Source: Candidatus Levyibacteriota bacterium (lineage in GTDB: Bacteria; Patescibacteriota; Microgenomatia; Levybacterales; UBA12049). From it: a DNA stretch of 64,000 nucleotides. Made by a program: the position numbers and the translations under genes. The notes under the pieces were generated by a model. That model was not told the DNA's origin and made no database searches. It saw only the letters and a list, made by a program, of their open reading frames with translations. Below are positions 29,904-38,524 of this stretch, one piece after another; position 1 is the first letter of the stretch, and every line of letters begins with the position of its first letter. The stretch lies in assembly GCA_016182185.1 (NCBI GenBank), contig JACOXU010000001.1, forward strand, positions 402,915-466,914. The letters run 5' to 3'.

Positions 29904-30188
29904 TTAAGTTTTACTTATTTCTCTGGCCACAACTCTTCCATGACTTCTGAATGCTCGGGTTGGAGAAAATTCTCCAAGCCTGTGTCCGACCATTCCTTCT
30001 GAAATAAATACATTGATAAAGTTTTTTCCGTTATGTACAGCAAGTGTATGGCCGACAAATTCGGGTGGAATCTGAGATGCTCTTTTCCACGTTTTGATAG
30101 GAGATTTATCTCCCGTTTGCTTCTGTGCCATAACTTTTTTCATGAGTTTTGGGTCTATAAACGGCCCCTTTTTACTGCTTCTTGACAT
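29904..30188 (-). CDS. rpsS: 30S ribosomal protein S19
   Basis: [14 protein letters not shown] and [11 protein letters not shown]. Confidence 0.97.
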   Translation of the reverse strand: MSRSSKKGPFIDPKLMKKVMAQKQTGDKSPIKTWKRASQIPPEFVGHTLAVHNGKNFINVFISEGMVGHRLGEFSPTRAFRSHGRVVAREISKT

Positions 30189-30928
30189 TATTTCTTTCTC
30201 CTTTGCACTATGTATTTATCTGAATATTTTTTCTTTTTTCGGGTTTTTCCAACAGCTGGCCTGCCATAGAACGTTTTTGGTGTTGACATACCGATTCCTG
30301 ATCTTGCTTCTCCTCCTCCATGTGGATGGGATCTTGGATTTTGAGCAACTCCCCGAACAGTAGGCCTTATTCCCATGTGTCTTTTTCGTCCGGCCTTGCC
30401 AAATACTTCATTTTTCCAATTTACATTACCCAGGTTCCCTACTGTAGCGTAACCTTTGTCTTTCACTTTTCTTATTTCTCTGGATGGCAATTTAAGATGC
30501 ACATATGTTCCTTCGTGTGCCGCAACAATCGCGCTCGTTCCGGCTGATCTTGCTAATTGTCCGCCACGTCCTGGAGTAAGCTCGACATTGTGAACCACTG
30601 TACCAATCGGCATTACATAAAGAGGCAGGGTATTGCCGATTTTAATTTCTGCGTCTTCGCCTGAGATAACAAGATCATTTAATTTAAGCCCTTCAGGACA
30701 AAGAATGTATCTTTTTTCTCCGTCATCGTATTGGATAAGAGCAATATCACAAGTTCTGTTTGGATCATATTCAATCGCTACGACTCGCCCTTTGATTCCG
30801 ATCTTATTTCTTTTAAAATCAATCACCCGCATAAATCTTTTATGTTCTCCGCCCTGATGGCGAACGACAACCTTTCCGGATACATCTCTTCCTGATCTCT
30901 TTTTTTTAATAAATTTTAATTTTCTCAT
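30188..30928 (-). CDS. rplB: 50S ribosomal protein L2 (N-terminally short)
   Basis: EYDPNR, RSAGT and [18 protein letters not shown]. Confidence 0.97.
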   Translation of the reverse strand: MRKLKFIKKKRSGRDVSGKVVVRHQGGEHKRFMRVIDFKRNKIGIKGRVVAIEYDPNRTCDIALIQYDDGEKRYILCPEGLKLNDLVISGEDAEIKIGNTLPLYVMPIGTVVHNVELTPGRGGQLARSAGTSAIVAAHEGTYVHLKLPSREIRKVKDKGYATVGNLGNVNWKNEVFGKAGRKRHMGIRPTVRGVAQNPRSHPHGGGEARSGIGMSTPKTFYGRPAVGKTRKKKKYSDKYIVQRRKK

Positions 30929-30933
30929 ATTTT

Positions 30934-31233
30934 TTAGCCTTTCTGCGCTGCTACATCGAATACATCAATTTTTTGGCCCGGCTTAAGCTTTACCTTTGCC
31001 TTTTTCCAAGACGAACTTAAGACTTCTGTTCTTTTTGTTCCGTATCTTCTTTTTTTACCCTTAACGATATTGGTGAATACCTTGACCACATTGACTTTGT
31101 ATCTTTTTTCGATCTCCTTCTTAATTTGTTTTTTATCTGCGTTTTTGGCCACACGAAAAGTAAATTTCCCGGCTGATGCCTCGCTCATTGATTTCTCAGA
31201 AATTACCGGTGCAGTTATTATATTCTGGTACAT
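30934..31233 (-). CDS. rplW: 50S ribosomal protein L23
   Basis: PVISEKS, KKEIE..Y.V.V and WKKA.VKL. Confidence 0.95.
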   Translation of the reverse strand: MYQNIITAPVISEKSMSEASAGKFTFRVAKNADKKQIKKEIEKRYKVNVVKVFTNIVKGKKRRYGTKRTEVLSSSWKKAKVKLKPGQKIDVFDVAAQKG

Positions 31234-31234
31234 A

Positions 31235-32029
31235 TTAATTTTTCTCCTTCAGAAAATTTTCTTTAATCTTGTCTATTGAATCCTTCATCAAAACCACAGA
31301 ATTTGCTTCTAAAATTTCATATGTATTAATAAGATTTGCACTTACTACGTCTATGCCTTCGAGATTCCTTGCTGCTCTATAAATGTTTTCCAGTCCATTT
31401 TTTGCAGGGCTTGGAACAATTAGAAGCACCTTTCTCTTTTTTTGATCAAATCCTAATTTTCCGAGCGTTGAGTTCATTTGTTTAGTCTTTGGCTCAATTT
31501 TTTCAAGCCCTGCAATTATTTTTACACTTCCGGTATTTTGCTTTAAAGACAAAGCAGAAAAAAGTGCTACTTTCTTCATTTTCTTGGAAAGCTTAAGCGA
31601 ATAATCTCTTGGCTTTGGTCCAAATACTACACCGCCGCCTACAAAAATTGGAGCTTTTCTTGATCCGTGTCTTGCGCGACCAGTTCCTTTTTGCCTCCAT
31701 ACTTTTTTGGTTGATCCCGTAACTTCTCCTCTTGTTTGAGTCGATACAGTTCCTCGTCTTTGATTTGCTAAGTAAACTCTTACGGCTTGGGCCATAAGCT
31801 GGTTATTTATCTTGGCTCCGAAAATTTCCTTAGGTAAAGTTACTCTTGAAACTACCTTTCCTTGCGTGTTATAGACCTGAGCTGAGAGACTCGGGCTTTT
31901 GGCGGAAGGGATTTTTGTAACCGCCTTTTTGACAACTTCTTTCTTCCTTTGAGCAACTTTTGACTTTTCACTTTTTCCGCCAGAGGCGGATTGGCTTTTG
32001 GCCGGAACTTTTGACTTTTTAGCTGGCAC
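31235..32029 (-). CDS. rplD: 50S ribosomal protein L4 with N-terminal extension
   Basis: TRGEVTGS.KK.WRQKGTGRARHGS and GGGVVFGPKPR. Confidence 0.96.
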   Translation of the reverse strand: MPAKKSKVPAKSQSASGGKSEKSKVAQRKKEVVKKAVTKIPSAKSPSLSAQVYNTQGKVVSRVTLPKEIFGAKINNQLMAQAVRVYLANQRRGTVSTQTRGEVTGSTKKVWRQKGTGRARHGSRKAPIFVGGGVVFGPKPRDYSLKLSKKMKKVALFSALSLKQNTGSVKIIAGLEKIEPKTKQMNSTLGKLGFDQKKRKVLLIVPSPAKNGLENIYRAARNLEGIDVVSANLINTYEILEANSVVLMKDSIDKIKENFLKEKN

Positions 32030-32993
32030 TTTCTTTGTCCTCCTTGCTTTCTTTTTCCTCCGATGAATCGTTTGTTTTTGTGGCGATAGGCGTTTGTCCA
32101 GTTTCAGGTGAATCTAAATTCGACCCAAGGCCTTCTTGTTTTTCTTTTACCTCGGGTGTCTGAATTTCGCTTAGCGAGCCAGAATTCTCTCCTGTTTTAT
32201 CCTCAGCTTGGCGAGCGTCACCCGAAATCTGCGGTGAACGACTATCGCCATTCTCTTCTGGCTGACTTGCCGAAGCTTCTACTTTTTCTGTTTGAGTATT
32301 TTCTAATTCTTTATTTTCAGTTTTTTCTTCCTCAGTCTTTTTACTTGTTCCATATAATGGTACAAATTTTTTGTTTTCTCCAACTTTGGTAACCATTATC
32401 AAAGTATTTTTCCCTCCAGGAACAAGCCCTTTGATAAGAAGTGTGTCTTCCGAGACTCCGACAACTTCCAGATTTTTGATGGTTACTCTTTCATGCCCCA
32501 TTCTTCCTGCCATTCTTTTGCCTTTGTAAACTCTCCCCGGCGTGGTTGTTTGCCCGATGGAGCCGGGTGCTCTTTCTCTGTCTGACTGACCGTGAGTGCG
32601 AGGCCCTCCCTTGAAATGGTGTCTTTTGACAACTCCTGCGTAACCTTTTCCCTTGGAAACCCCTGTCACATCTACGATGTCGCCTAGTTTGAAGATTTCA
32701 GTGGCGCTTATTACTGCTCCAATTTCTGGAACTTCTCCATTCTCAACTTTGACCTCTCTCAAAAATTTAGGGGCAGATTCTAAGTTTGCCCCTTTAATGT
32801 GTCCCACTAATGCTTTGCTTGCGTTCTTTTTGATGCCGAGTCCAAGTTGCAAAGAAGAATAATCGTGTTTGTCTTTGGACTTAATAGCTACAACCGTATT
32901 CCCTGCAACCCACAAACGGGTTACAGGAATTCTTGTCCCGTCATCCAAAAATTTCTGTGTCTGATCAATTTTTGTACCTAAAATTGCTTGCAT
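32019..32993 (-). CDS. rplC: 50S ribosomal protein L3 with long acidic C-tail
   Basis: Start MQAILGTK at 32993; SKGKGYAGVVKRH, THGQSD and RVYKGKRMAGRMG. Confidence 0.96.
   Translation of the reverse strand: MQAILGTKIDQTQKFLDDGTRIPVTRLWVAGNTVVAIKSKDKHDYSSLQLGLGIKKNASKALVGHIKGANLESAPKFLREVKVENGEVPEIGAVISATEIFKLGDIVDVTGVSKGKGYAGVVKRHHFKGGPRTHGQSDRERAPGSIGQTTTPGRVYKGKRMAGRMGHERVTIKNLEVVGVSEDTLLIKGLVPGGKNTLIMVTKVGENKKFVPLYGTSKKTEEEKTENKELENTQTEKVEASASQPEENGDSRSPQISGDARQAEDKTGENSGSLSEIQTPEVKEKQEGLGSNLDSPETGQTPIATKTNDSSEEKESKEDKESAS
32166..32274. repeat. Nested palindromic element within the rplC C-terminal tail
   Basis: Pairings TTCG/CGAA, AGCCAGAA/TTCTGGCT, TGGCGA/TCGCCA and TCACC/GGTGA. Confidence 0.7.
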
Positions 32994-33028
32994 ATATGTA
33001 TTTATCCTGAGCCTGCCGAATGGACAAC

Positions 33029-33140
33029 AAAAAAAGCGACCCACTTAGAGTCGCCTGATCTCTTTCGAAACCTGAGTCACTCTTCTATGTGGTCAAAGTT
33101 TCCTCCATTGCCCTATTCATCAGAATTAAAAGTATTATAT
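33029..33140 (-). promoter_or_regulatory. Promoter and structured leader with terminator upstream of rplC
   Basis: TATAAT at 33139-33134; two GAAA-tetraloop hairpins; GCGAC..GTCGC stem followed by T7. Confidence 0.6.
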
Positions 33141-33177
33141 AACGAAGCCAAAACAAATGCAATACGAGGATTAGAAA

Positions 33178-33726
33178 TTAACTTACAGGAAGTTCCCGAA
33201 GAATAAAGGTGTTTAAGGGTGTAGACGGTTTTCTACTGACATTACTTCTGATAAATACGCTTTTCAAAACAACTTCTGCCGGAACTTCAGCTTCACCATC
33301 TACTGCGAGCGCGCAATCTTTGCAAGAAAATGTACCAAGGTCGCGAGTCTTTATTGTAGCTTTAGATCCCTTCGCCATAGCTCTAATATCTTCATCGACA
33401 TTTAATGGAATGCCGCCATTCCCATGCTGAATACAGTGAACTGGCCTATGGGGATAAATCGTGCACTTTTTATCCCTTCCTAAAAATGGGCACTGAGTTA
33501 CTTTAGGATCTTTTGCTCGTCTCTGAGCTCGCTTAACGACCCACTTTTTAATATCTCCTCTTGCTAAAGCATCGCTAATTATTTTTTTGTCACCATAAAC
33601 CATACTAACGTTTGCCTTGCAGCATCCGCCATCTATCCCTTTACAAAAATTATATTCTCTGAAAGAGGAATCAAATCGTTCAACTTTTTCTCGAAATTCC
33701 GGGTACTCAATTTCAGGCACACGCAT
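33178..33726 (-). CDS. YkgJ-family (CxxCxxCC-like) Zn/Fe-chelating protein
   Basis: C....GCC and CPFL....CTIYPHRPVHC motifs. Confidence 0.8.
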   Translation of the reverse strand: MRVPEIEYPEFREKVERFDSSFREYNFCKGIDGGCCKANVSMVYGDKKIISDALARGDIKKWVVKRAQRRAKDPKVTQCPFLGRDKKCTIYPHRPVHCIQHGNGGIPLNVDEDIRAMAKGSKATIKTRDLGTFSCKDCALAVDGEAEVPAEVVLKSVFIRSNVSRKPSTPLNTFILRELPVS

Positions 33727-33744
33727 AACAATCTCCTTGGAAGA

Positions 33745-34053
33745 TTACATTTTTATTTCGATGTTGACTCCGGCAGGAAGCTCCAGATGGGTTAGGGAAT
33801 CGATTGTTTTATCCGTCGGAGAAACTATATCGATCAATCTTTTGTGAACTTTTATCTCGAAATGATCTCTGGCATCTTTATCGATAAATGGGGATTTGTT
33901 GACTGCGTAGACGCTTCTTTGTGAAGGAAGAGGCACAGGACCTATGACCTTTGCACCTGTCCTGATTGCAGTATCTAAGATCTGCTGACAGCAAAGGTCA
34001 ATTACCCGGGCATCATAACTTTTTAAACGTACTCTAATCCGTCCTTTAGGCAT
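33745..34053 (-). CDS. rpsJ: 30S ribosomal protein S10
   Basis: IRVRLKSYD, GPVPLP, HKRLIDI and LPAGV.IEIK. Confidence 0.97.
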   Translation of the reverse strand: MPKGRIRVRLKSYDARVIDLCCQQILDTAIRTGAKVIGPVPLPSQRSVYAVNKSPFIDKDARDHFEIKVHKRLIDIVSPTDKTIDSLTHLELPAGVNIEIKM

Positions 34054-34106
34054 TCAGCTATTTTACTATAAGAGGGGTAATTATTCAAGAAGTATGTGAG
34101 AAAACA

Positions 34107-34406
34107 TTAATTACTGACGGGCTCTCTGTGGCCGGCTGAAAATACTTCAGGAGTCTTCTTGCTTCTTTCAAAAATCACTCCCGATTCCAATAGCTGACCC
34201 TCAAGTTCAGTCGGATAATATAGTTTTGCTTCTCCGGGTCTATCCACATGCGTGTCAAAAACTATAAACATCGGTGTTTTAGTTTCACCGATTGTGTATC
34301 CTTCAGTATTAGTCTCCAATACTTCTCTATTGATGCTATCTTTGTTGCTTCTTACAAATCCGATAAAAGCTTGAGATTGTTCTTTGGATAAATGTGCTTC
34401 CGGCAT
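34107..34406 (-). CDS. Small hypothetical protein, GVIFE-family paralogue
   Basis: MP start and LLESGVIFE; tightly packed with its paralogues. Confidence 0.7.
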   Translation of the reverse strand: MPEAHLSKEQSQAFIGFVRSNKDSINREVLETNTEGYTIGETKTPMFIVFDTHVDRPGEAKLYYPTELEGQLLESGVIFERSKKTPEVFSAGHREPVSN

Positions 34407-34412
34407 AATAAT

Positions 34413-34748
34413 TTATTTAAGAATTCCCGGATTATTTAGGGACTGGGAGTCTTCCTCGGTAAACGAACATATAGAATCCATGCTTGGCCACCTTGAAGAT
34501 TCAAAAATCACTCCGGCTGTTTTTAATTCCTCCGCATGTCTTTCGCTAACATAGAAGCTATCAAATCTTTCTCGATCATTAGACCATAAAACAATAGGCT
34601 CCCCGTCAACCTCATAAATCCTGGCTGCATGATTATGGGGTATATTTGAAGAAGTCAAAAAATTTCCCCTACCTTGGTGAAGCTTTCCGTAAATCCAGCC
34701 ATTTAGTTTATCAAATTGTTGTTCTGTTTCGATTTCAATCCTCGGCAT
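34413..34748 (-). CDS. Small hypothetical protein, GVIFE-family paralogue
   Basis: MP start, YEVDGE and VSE..AEELKTAGVIFE. Confidence 0.75.
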   Translation of the reverse strand: MPRIEIETEQQFDKLNGWIYGKLHQGRGNFLTSSNIPHNHAARIYEVDGEPIVLWSNDRERFDSFYVSERHAEELKTAGVIFESSRWPSMDSICSFTEEDSQSLNNPGILK

Positions 34749-34749
34749 A

Positions 34750-35000
34750 TTATTCTCTACGAAATTGTCCCGTCAAGTGAGGATCAAGCGTCATTTTTGC
34801 AAATTTTGATCCAGGAGCTTCGTCTGTTGCACTTTCGCTTTCAAAAATTACCCCTTTTTCTCCTAGTGTCGTTTCTATTTCATCCAATACCTCTTGTTCT
34901 CCAAAAACCCTTTGTCTACCTCCTCAACAAGATGGCTTTTTATTTTCTCAAATTTACCAGTTAATCCGCCATTTTTGTTATCAAATTCAATTGTCGGCAT
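34750..35000 (-). pseudogene. Frameshifted GVIFE-family paralogue
   Basis: ATG 35000 gives MPTIEFD.. and stops after 41 codons; a shifted frame reads LGEKGVIFES to TAA at 34750. Confidence 0.65.
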
Positions 35001-35002
35001 AA

Positions 35003-35290
35003 TTAAACAGAGTCTCCGTTGAGATCGTAGATTACTCCTCTTTTTTCCCTTAATTGATCAGCGGCTCCCTCACTTACGATAGCTTTCTCCCACCTATGAA
35101 TAATTCTCGTGTCCACTTGAACACCTAGCAATTCTCCATCAACCTTATATACTTCCAGAGCATTCCCGTTATCCAAAAAGCCCCTTAAAAGATGCTCTCC
35201 TTGCCCTGACTCAATTTTGTCATCAAGCCATTCTCTGAAAGCAAGTCTTTGCGGTTCGTTTATTAAGCTTAATTCTTTAAATGGCGGCAT
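35003..35290 (-). CDS. Small hypothetical protein, GVIFE-family paralogue
   Basis: MP start, YKVDGE and VSEGAADQLREKRGVIY. Confidence 0.75.
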   Translation of the reverse strand: MPPFKELSLINEPQRLAFREWLDDKIESGQGEHLLRGFLDNGNALEVYKVDGELLGVQVDTRIIHRWEKAIVSEGAADQLREKRGVIYDLNGDSV

Positions 35291-35295
35291 AAAAA

Positions 35296-35631
35296 TTATC
35301 CTATCTCTCCTGTTGATCCATTATGTTTTGTGTTGACAACCGTTAAGGTACCATTAATACCATTAATTTCTAATTTTTGACCTTCTTGGTCAAGAAGGAA
35401 AATGTTTTTTTTATTATCTCTTAGATAGCCCTGGCTTAATATTTTTCCACCCCTTAGTCTATTTAGATATCCCAAATTCTCGCCCGTCACATCAACAACA
35501 GTGCTTAAATCGCTAGAAGAAACATTGGCATCTATTGAACCGGCTACAAATTTTTTTTCATCGCCTGAATGGACTTTAGCGCTTGAGGACCCTTCTCCAA
35601 ATTTGAATATTCCTATTTCTGCTGGTGCCAT
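35296..35631 (-). CDS. Hypothetical protein
   Basis: ATG ORF heading the small-gene cluster, with TATAAT upstream; no family recognised. Confidence 0.65.
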   Translation of the reverse strand: MAPAEIGIFKFGEGSSSAKVHSGDEKKFVAGSIDANVSSSDLSTVVDVTGENLGYLNRLRGGKILSQGYLRDNKKNIFLLDQEGQKLEINGINGTLTVVNTKHNGSTGEIG

Positions 35632-35730
35632 AAATATAAAAATGATTATAAACCTAAAAAATAAAAAGTCAAGAATAGAATAGACTAAAATTGTTAAATT
35701 GTTCGATTGTTAAATTATGCAATTCTTATA

Positions 35731-35893
35731 GTTGCCAATTCGAAGTTGAATGCATGAGAGATTAGACGAGTGATTCAGGGGGATTCCTTGTTTATCAAGG
35801 AGGGGGTGAAATCCCCCGAAGAAGAAGTTTAACTTCGAAAGCATGAAACAAGGCTTGGCAAGAGTTTTTGGTACTTTTGTCAATACAAAAGTA
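35731..35893. repeat. Nested palindromic (MITE/REP-like) element downstream of tuf
   Basis: TTGCCA/TGGCAA, TTCGAAGTT/AACTTCGAA, GGGGATT/AATCCCC and CCTTG/CAAGG pairings, then a GTACTTTTGT/ACAAAAGTAC hairpin. Confidence 0.65.
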
Positions 35894-35940
35894 CAAAGAA
35901 AGTAAGAATGTTATATTAAAATGAAGATTTTAAAGGAGGT

Positions 35941-37128
35941 TTAGGCAATTACCTTCGTGATTACTCCTGCGCCGACGGTTTTTCCGCCTTCCCGGACTGC
36001 AAATCTGAGTCCTTCTTCCATAGCAACAGGGACGATGAGTTTGACTGTCATTTTGGTGTTGTCACCAGGCATGACCATTTCAACTCCTTTAGGAAGTGCG
36101 ACTTCTGCTGTTACATCGGTTGTTCTTATGTAAAATTGCGGTCTGTAGCCTGTAAAGAACGGTGTGTGGCGTCCGCCTTCTTCTTTGGTCAGGATATATA
36201 CTTCTGCTTCAAAATCTTTGTGGGGCTTAATACTGCCCGGTTTGGCAATGACCTGTCCTCTCTCAACATCGTCTTTTTCAACACCTCGAAGAAGAAGCCC
36301 TACATTGTCTCCTGCCTGTCCTTCATCGAGTTGCTTCTTAAACATCTCAACTCCGGTTACGACTGTAGATTTGGTATCTTTGATACCGATAATTTCAACT
36401 GTCTCATTGACTTTAACGACTCCTCTTTCAATTCTCCCTGTTACGACTGTTCCTCGTCCCTTGATTGAGAAAACATCCTCAACAGGCATTAGGAACGGCT
36501 TTTCCAAATCTCTCTTGGGAGTTGGAATGTAACTGTCAACTGCTTCCATAAGAGCCTGAATTTGTTTTTCTGCTTCCGCGTCTCCCTCAAGAGCCTTAAG
36601 TGCCGATCCTCTTATAATTGGCACATCATTTCCTGGGTACTGGTATTTGGTAAGAAGTTCTCTTACTTCCATTTCAACTAAATCCAAAAGCTCAGCATCC
36701 TGAACCATATCACACTTATTCAAGAAAACTACGATAGAAGGAACCTGTACTTGATGGGCAAGAAGAATGTGTTCTCTGGTTTGAGGCATGGGACCGTCTG
36801 GAGCAGACACTACAAGAATGGCACCGTCCATTTGAGCGGCTCCTGTAATCATGTTCTTTATGTAATCTGCGTGTCCCGGAGCATCGATGTGAGCATAGTG
36901 TCTTTTCTCAGTCTCATATTCGATGTGGGTAATATTAATTGTAACTCCTCGGGCTTTTTCCTCGGGAGCATTATCGATATCTTCATATTTCTTGGCTGTT
37001 GCTTTACCTGCTTTGGCCAAAACAGTAGTAATTGCCGCAGTAAGCGTAGTTTTACCATGGTCAACGTGACCGATTGTACCGATATTTACGTGTGGTTTTG
37101 TTCTTTCAAATTTTTTTGCGTCTGCCAT
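35941..37128 (-). CDS. tuf: Elongation factor Tu
   Basis: [21 protein letters not shown] and GGRHTPFF. Confidence 0.99.
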   Translation of the reverse strand: MADAKKFERTKPHVNIGTIGHVDHGKTTLTAAITTVLAKAGKATAKKYEDIDNAPEEKARGVTINITHIEYETEKRHYAHIDAPGHADYIKNMITGAAQMDGAILVVSAPDGPMPQTREHILLAHQVQVPSIVVFLNKCDMVQDAELLDLVEMEVRELLTKYQYPGNDVPIIRGSALKALEGDAEAEKQIQALMEAVDSYIPTPKRDLEKPFLMPVEDVFSIKGRGTVVTGRIERGVVKVNETVEIIGIKDTKSTVVTGVEMFKKQLDEGQAGDNVGLLLRGVEKDDVERGQVIAKPGSIKPHKDFEAEVYILTKEEGGRHTPFFTGYRPQFYIRTTDVTAEVALPKGVEMVMPGDNTKMTVKLIVPVAMEEGLRFAVREGGKTVGAGVITKVIA

Positions 37129-37221
37129 ATTTTTAAAAAAATTACAAGAAAAAAATACACCTTAACAATTTTAAGGCTAGAAAGAATATACATTATTTTC
37201 CTGCCTTCGTCAAGAGGGAAA

Positions 37222-37791
37222 TTAGAGTGGTAATTTTATTTGCTCAGAAGTTACATAAGCGGTATCAGGAACTATTGACAATACAAACGCAGGTCTTTCC
37301 CATGTTCGAATCTCATAAGAAATTCTACCAGAGACCACAGTATAATCCCATCTCTCATAACCATTTGTACCATCGTGCAGTATTTCTTCTCGTTTGGAAT
37401 CTTTTCCTGAATAAACTCCCATCCTGCCTGAAAGGAGTTTATGAATTGTTGGAAGATCTGTACTTCGAGATTGTCCTGCTTGCGGATAACGATTTATAAA
37501 TTGTGGGGGTCTTAAAATTCTACCCCAAAGAAGAATAAAATCTAGAGACAATCTATCTAACCTATGAATTCCTGAATATAAATGTATAATTTTGGCATCT
37601 GGTCTTATTTCAAATGAAGGATTTAATTCGACATGACTACCTTGGGCACTATAGCCAAGCCGTACAAGCTCCTTATCAGCAATTTCCTGATAATGAGGCA
37701 CAAATTCTTCTAAAATCCGTCTTGATCCTTCCCTTTGTAATTCAGGGAGAAATTGTTCCTGCCTGATTCCGGACTCAACTGTCGAAAGCAC
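37222..37791 (-). CDS. Hypothetical protein
   Basis: 189-aa ORF between fusA and tuf; no motif recognised. Confidence 0.6.
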   Translation of the reverse strand: MLSTVESGIRQEQFLPELQREGSRRILEEFVPHYQEIADKELVRLGYSAQGSHVELNPSFEIRPDAKIIHLYSGIHRLDRLSLDFILLWGRILRPPQFINRYPQAGQSRSTDLPTIHKLLSGRMGVYSGKDSKREEILHDGTNGYERWDYTVVSGRISYEIRTWERPAFVLSIVPDTAYVTSEQIKLPL

Positions 37792-37852
37792 AGGTTAAAA
37801 GGATTCTAAGAAGATTATCTCTCCGAAATTTATCTCCCGTCAATGGGGAAAA

Positions 37853-38446
37853 TTAAGCTGCTTTTTCTTGTCGAGGGATATGAAGTTCTTCGTCAGGAAT
37901 ATCTGCCGTATCAGGCATGATTACCAAAACGACTGCAACACCTTCTGAAATTTCCGCCTGATGGTAAGTTTCCGGTGGAACCATTACATGTGGCGCTGCA
38001 CTACTCAGCGTTACAACCTTCGCACTTTCTTCATTCTCATCATCCATCACAAGATCCATGGATCCTATCAAGCTGATATAGTGCTCGACCACCCTTCTTC
38101 CTTTATACGAATGCTTATGTTCGGATGTCCTGCCGATTGATTCGCCATTCTCTTCGGGTTCCGGTTTTAAAACATAACCATAGATCCTGTAATTGTTTAT
38201 TTTTTGCTCAAGGAAATAGTGGCCGTCGGACTTATGGCCATTTGACTTTATATGTCTTTCTGTCTGTTTCTTGAAATTCAACTGGCTTATATCATCAACG
38301 ATTTTAAGCCATTTAAGAGGCTTGAAAGTAAGCTCCCTATAACCGGGTGCCAATAAATTTAAATCCTCGTGGCTCAGGCTACCATTTGTTTTTCTATTTA
38401 CTGCTTCAGGGTTTATTCCCGTATTTGTTTCTGCTCTTGCTGCCAT
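37853..38446 (-). CDS. Hypothetical protein with possible cupin fold
   Basis: HKH..EHY and VMVPPETYHQA resemble cupin motifs 1 and 2. Confidence 0.55.
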   Translation of the reverse strand: MAARAETNTGINPEAVNRKTNGSLSHEDLNLLAPGYRELTFKPLKWLKIVDDISQLNFKKQTERHIKSNGHKSDGHYFLEQKINNYRIYGYVLKPEPEENGESIGRTSEHKHSYKGRRVVEHYISLIGSMDLVMDDENEESAKVVTLSSAAPHVMVPPETYHQAEISEGVAVVLVIMPDTADIPDEELHIPRQEKAA

Positions 38447-38524
38447 AAAGTATTATTATATAATTTTTTTACTTATTTGGAAAATAAATTCTATATCAGA
38501 CCTCGCCAATCGGCGAGCAGGCAG

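Noticed and set aside
32994-33044. N-terminal extension of L3 (MGRFFCC..) in the ORF track
   Set aside because: It runs through the leader terminator and mini-repeat; homology starts at ATG 32993.
33094-33123. CTGATGA...GAAAC on the minus strand resembling a hammerhead ribozyme core
   Set aside because: The intervening sequence does not form stem II, and no stems I/III with a cleavage triplet were evident.
34875-34915. Programmed -1 frameshift at AAAGGGTTTTT in the broken paralogue
   Set aside because: The run is not in X_XXY_YYZ register with the upstream frame, and the product lacks the family's middle segment; a deletion or assembly error is more likely.
36136-37233. Long antisense ORFs over tuf, and similar ones over recA, rpoB and rpoC
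   Set aside because: Shadow frames of conserved genes with no recognisable motifs.
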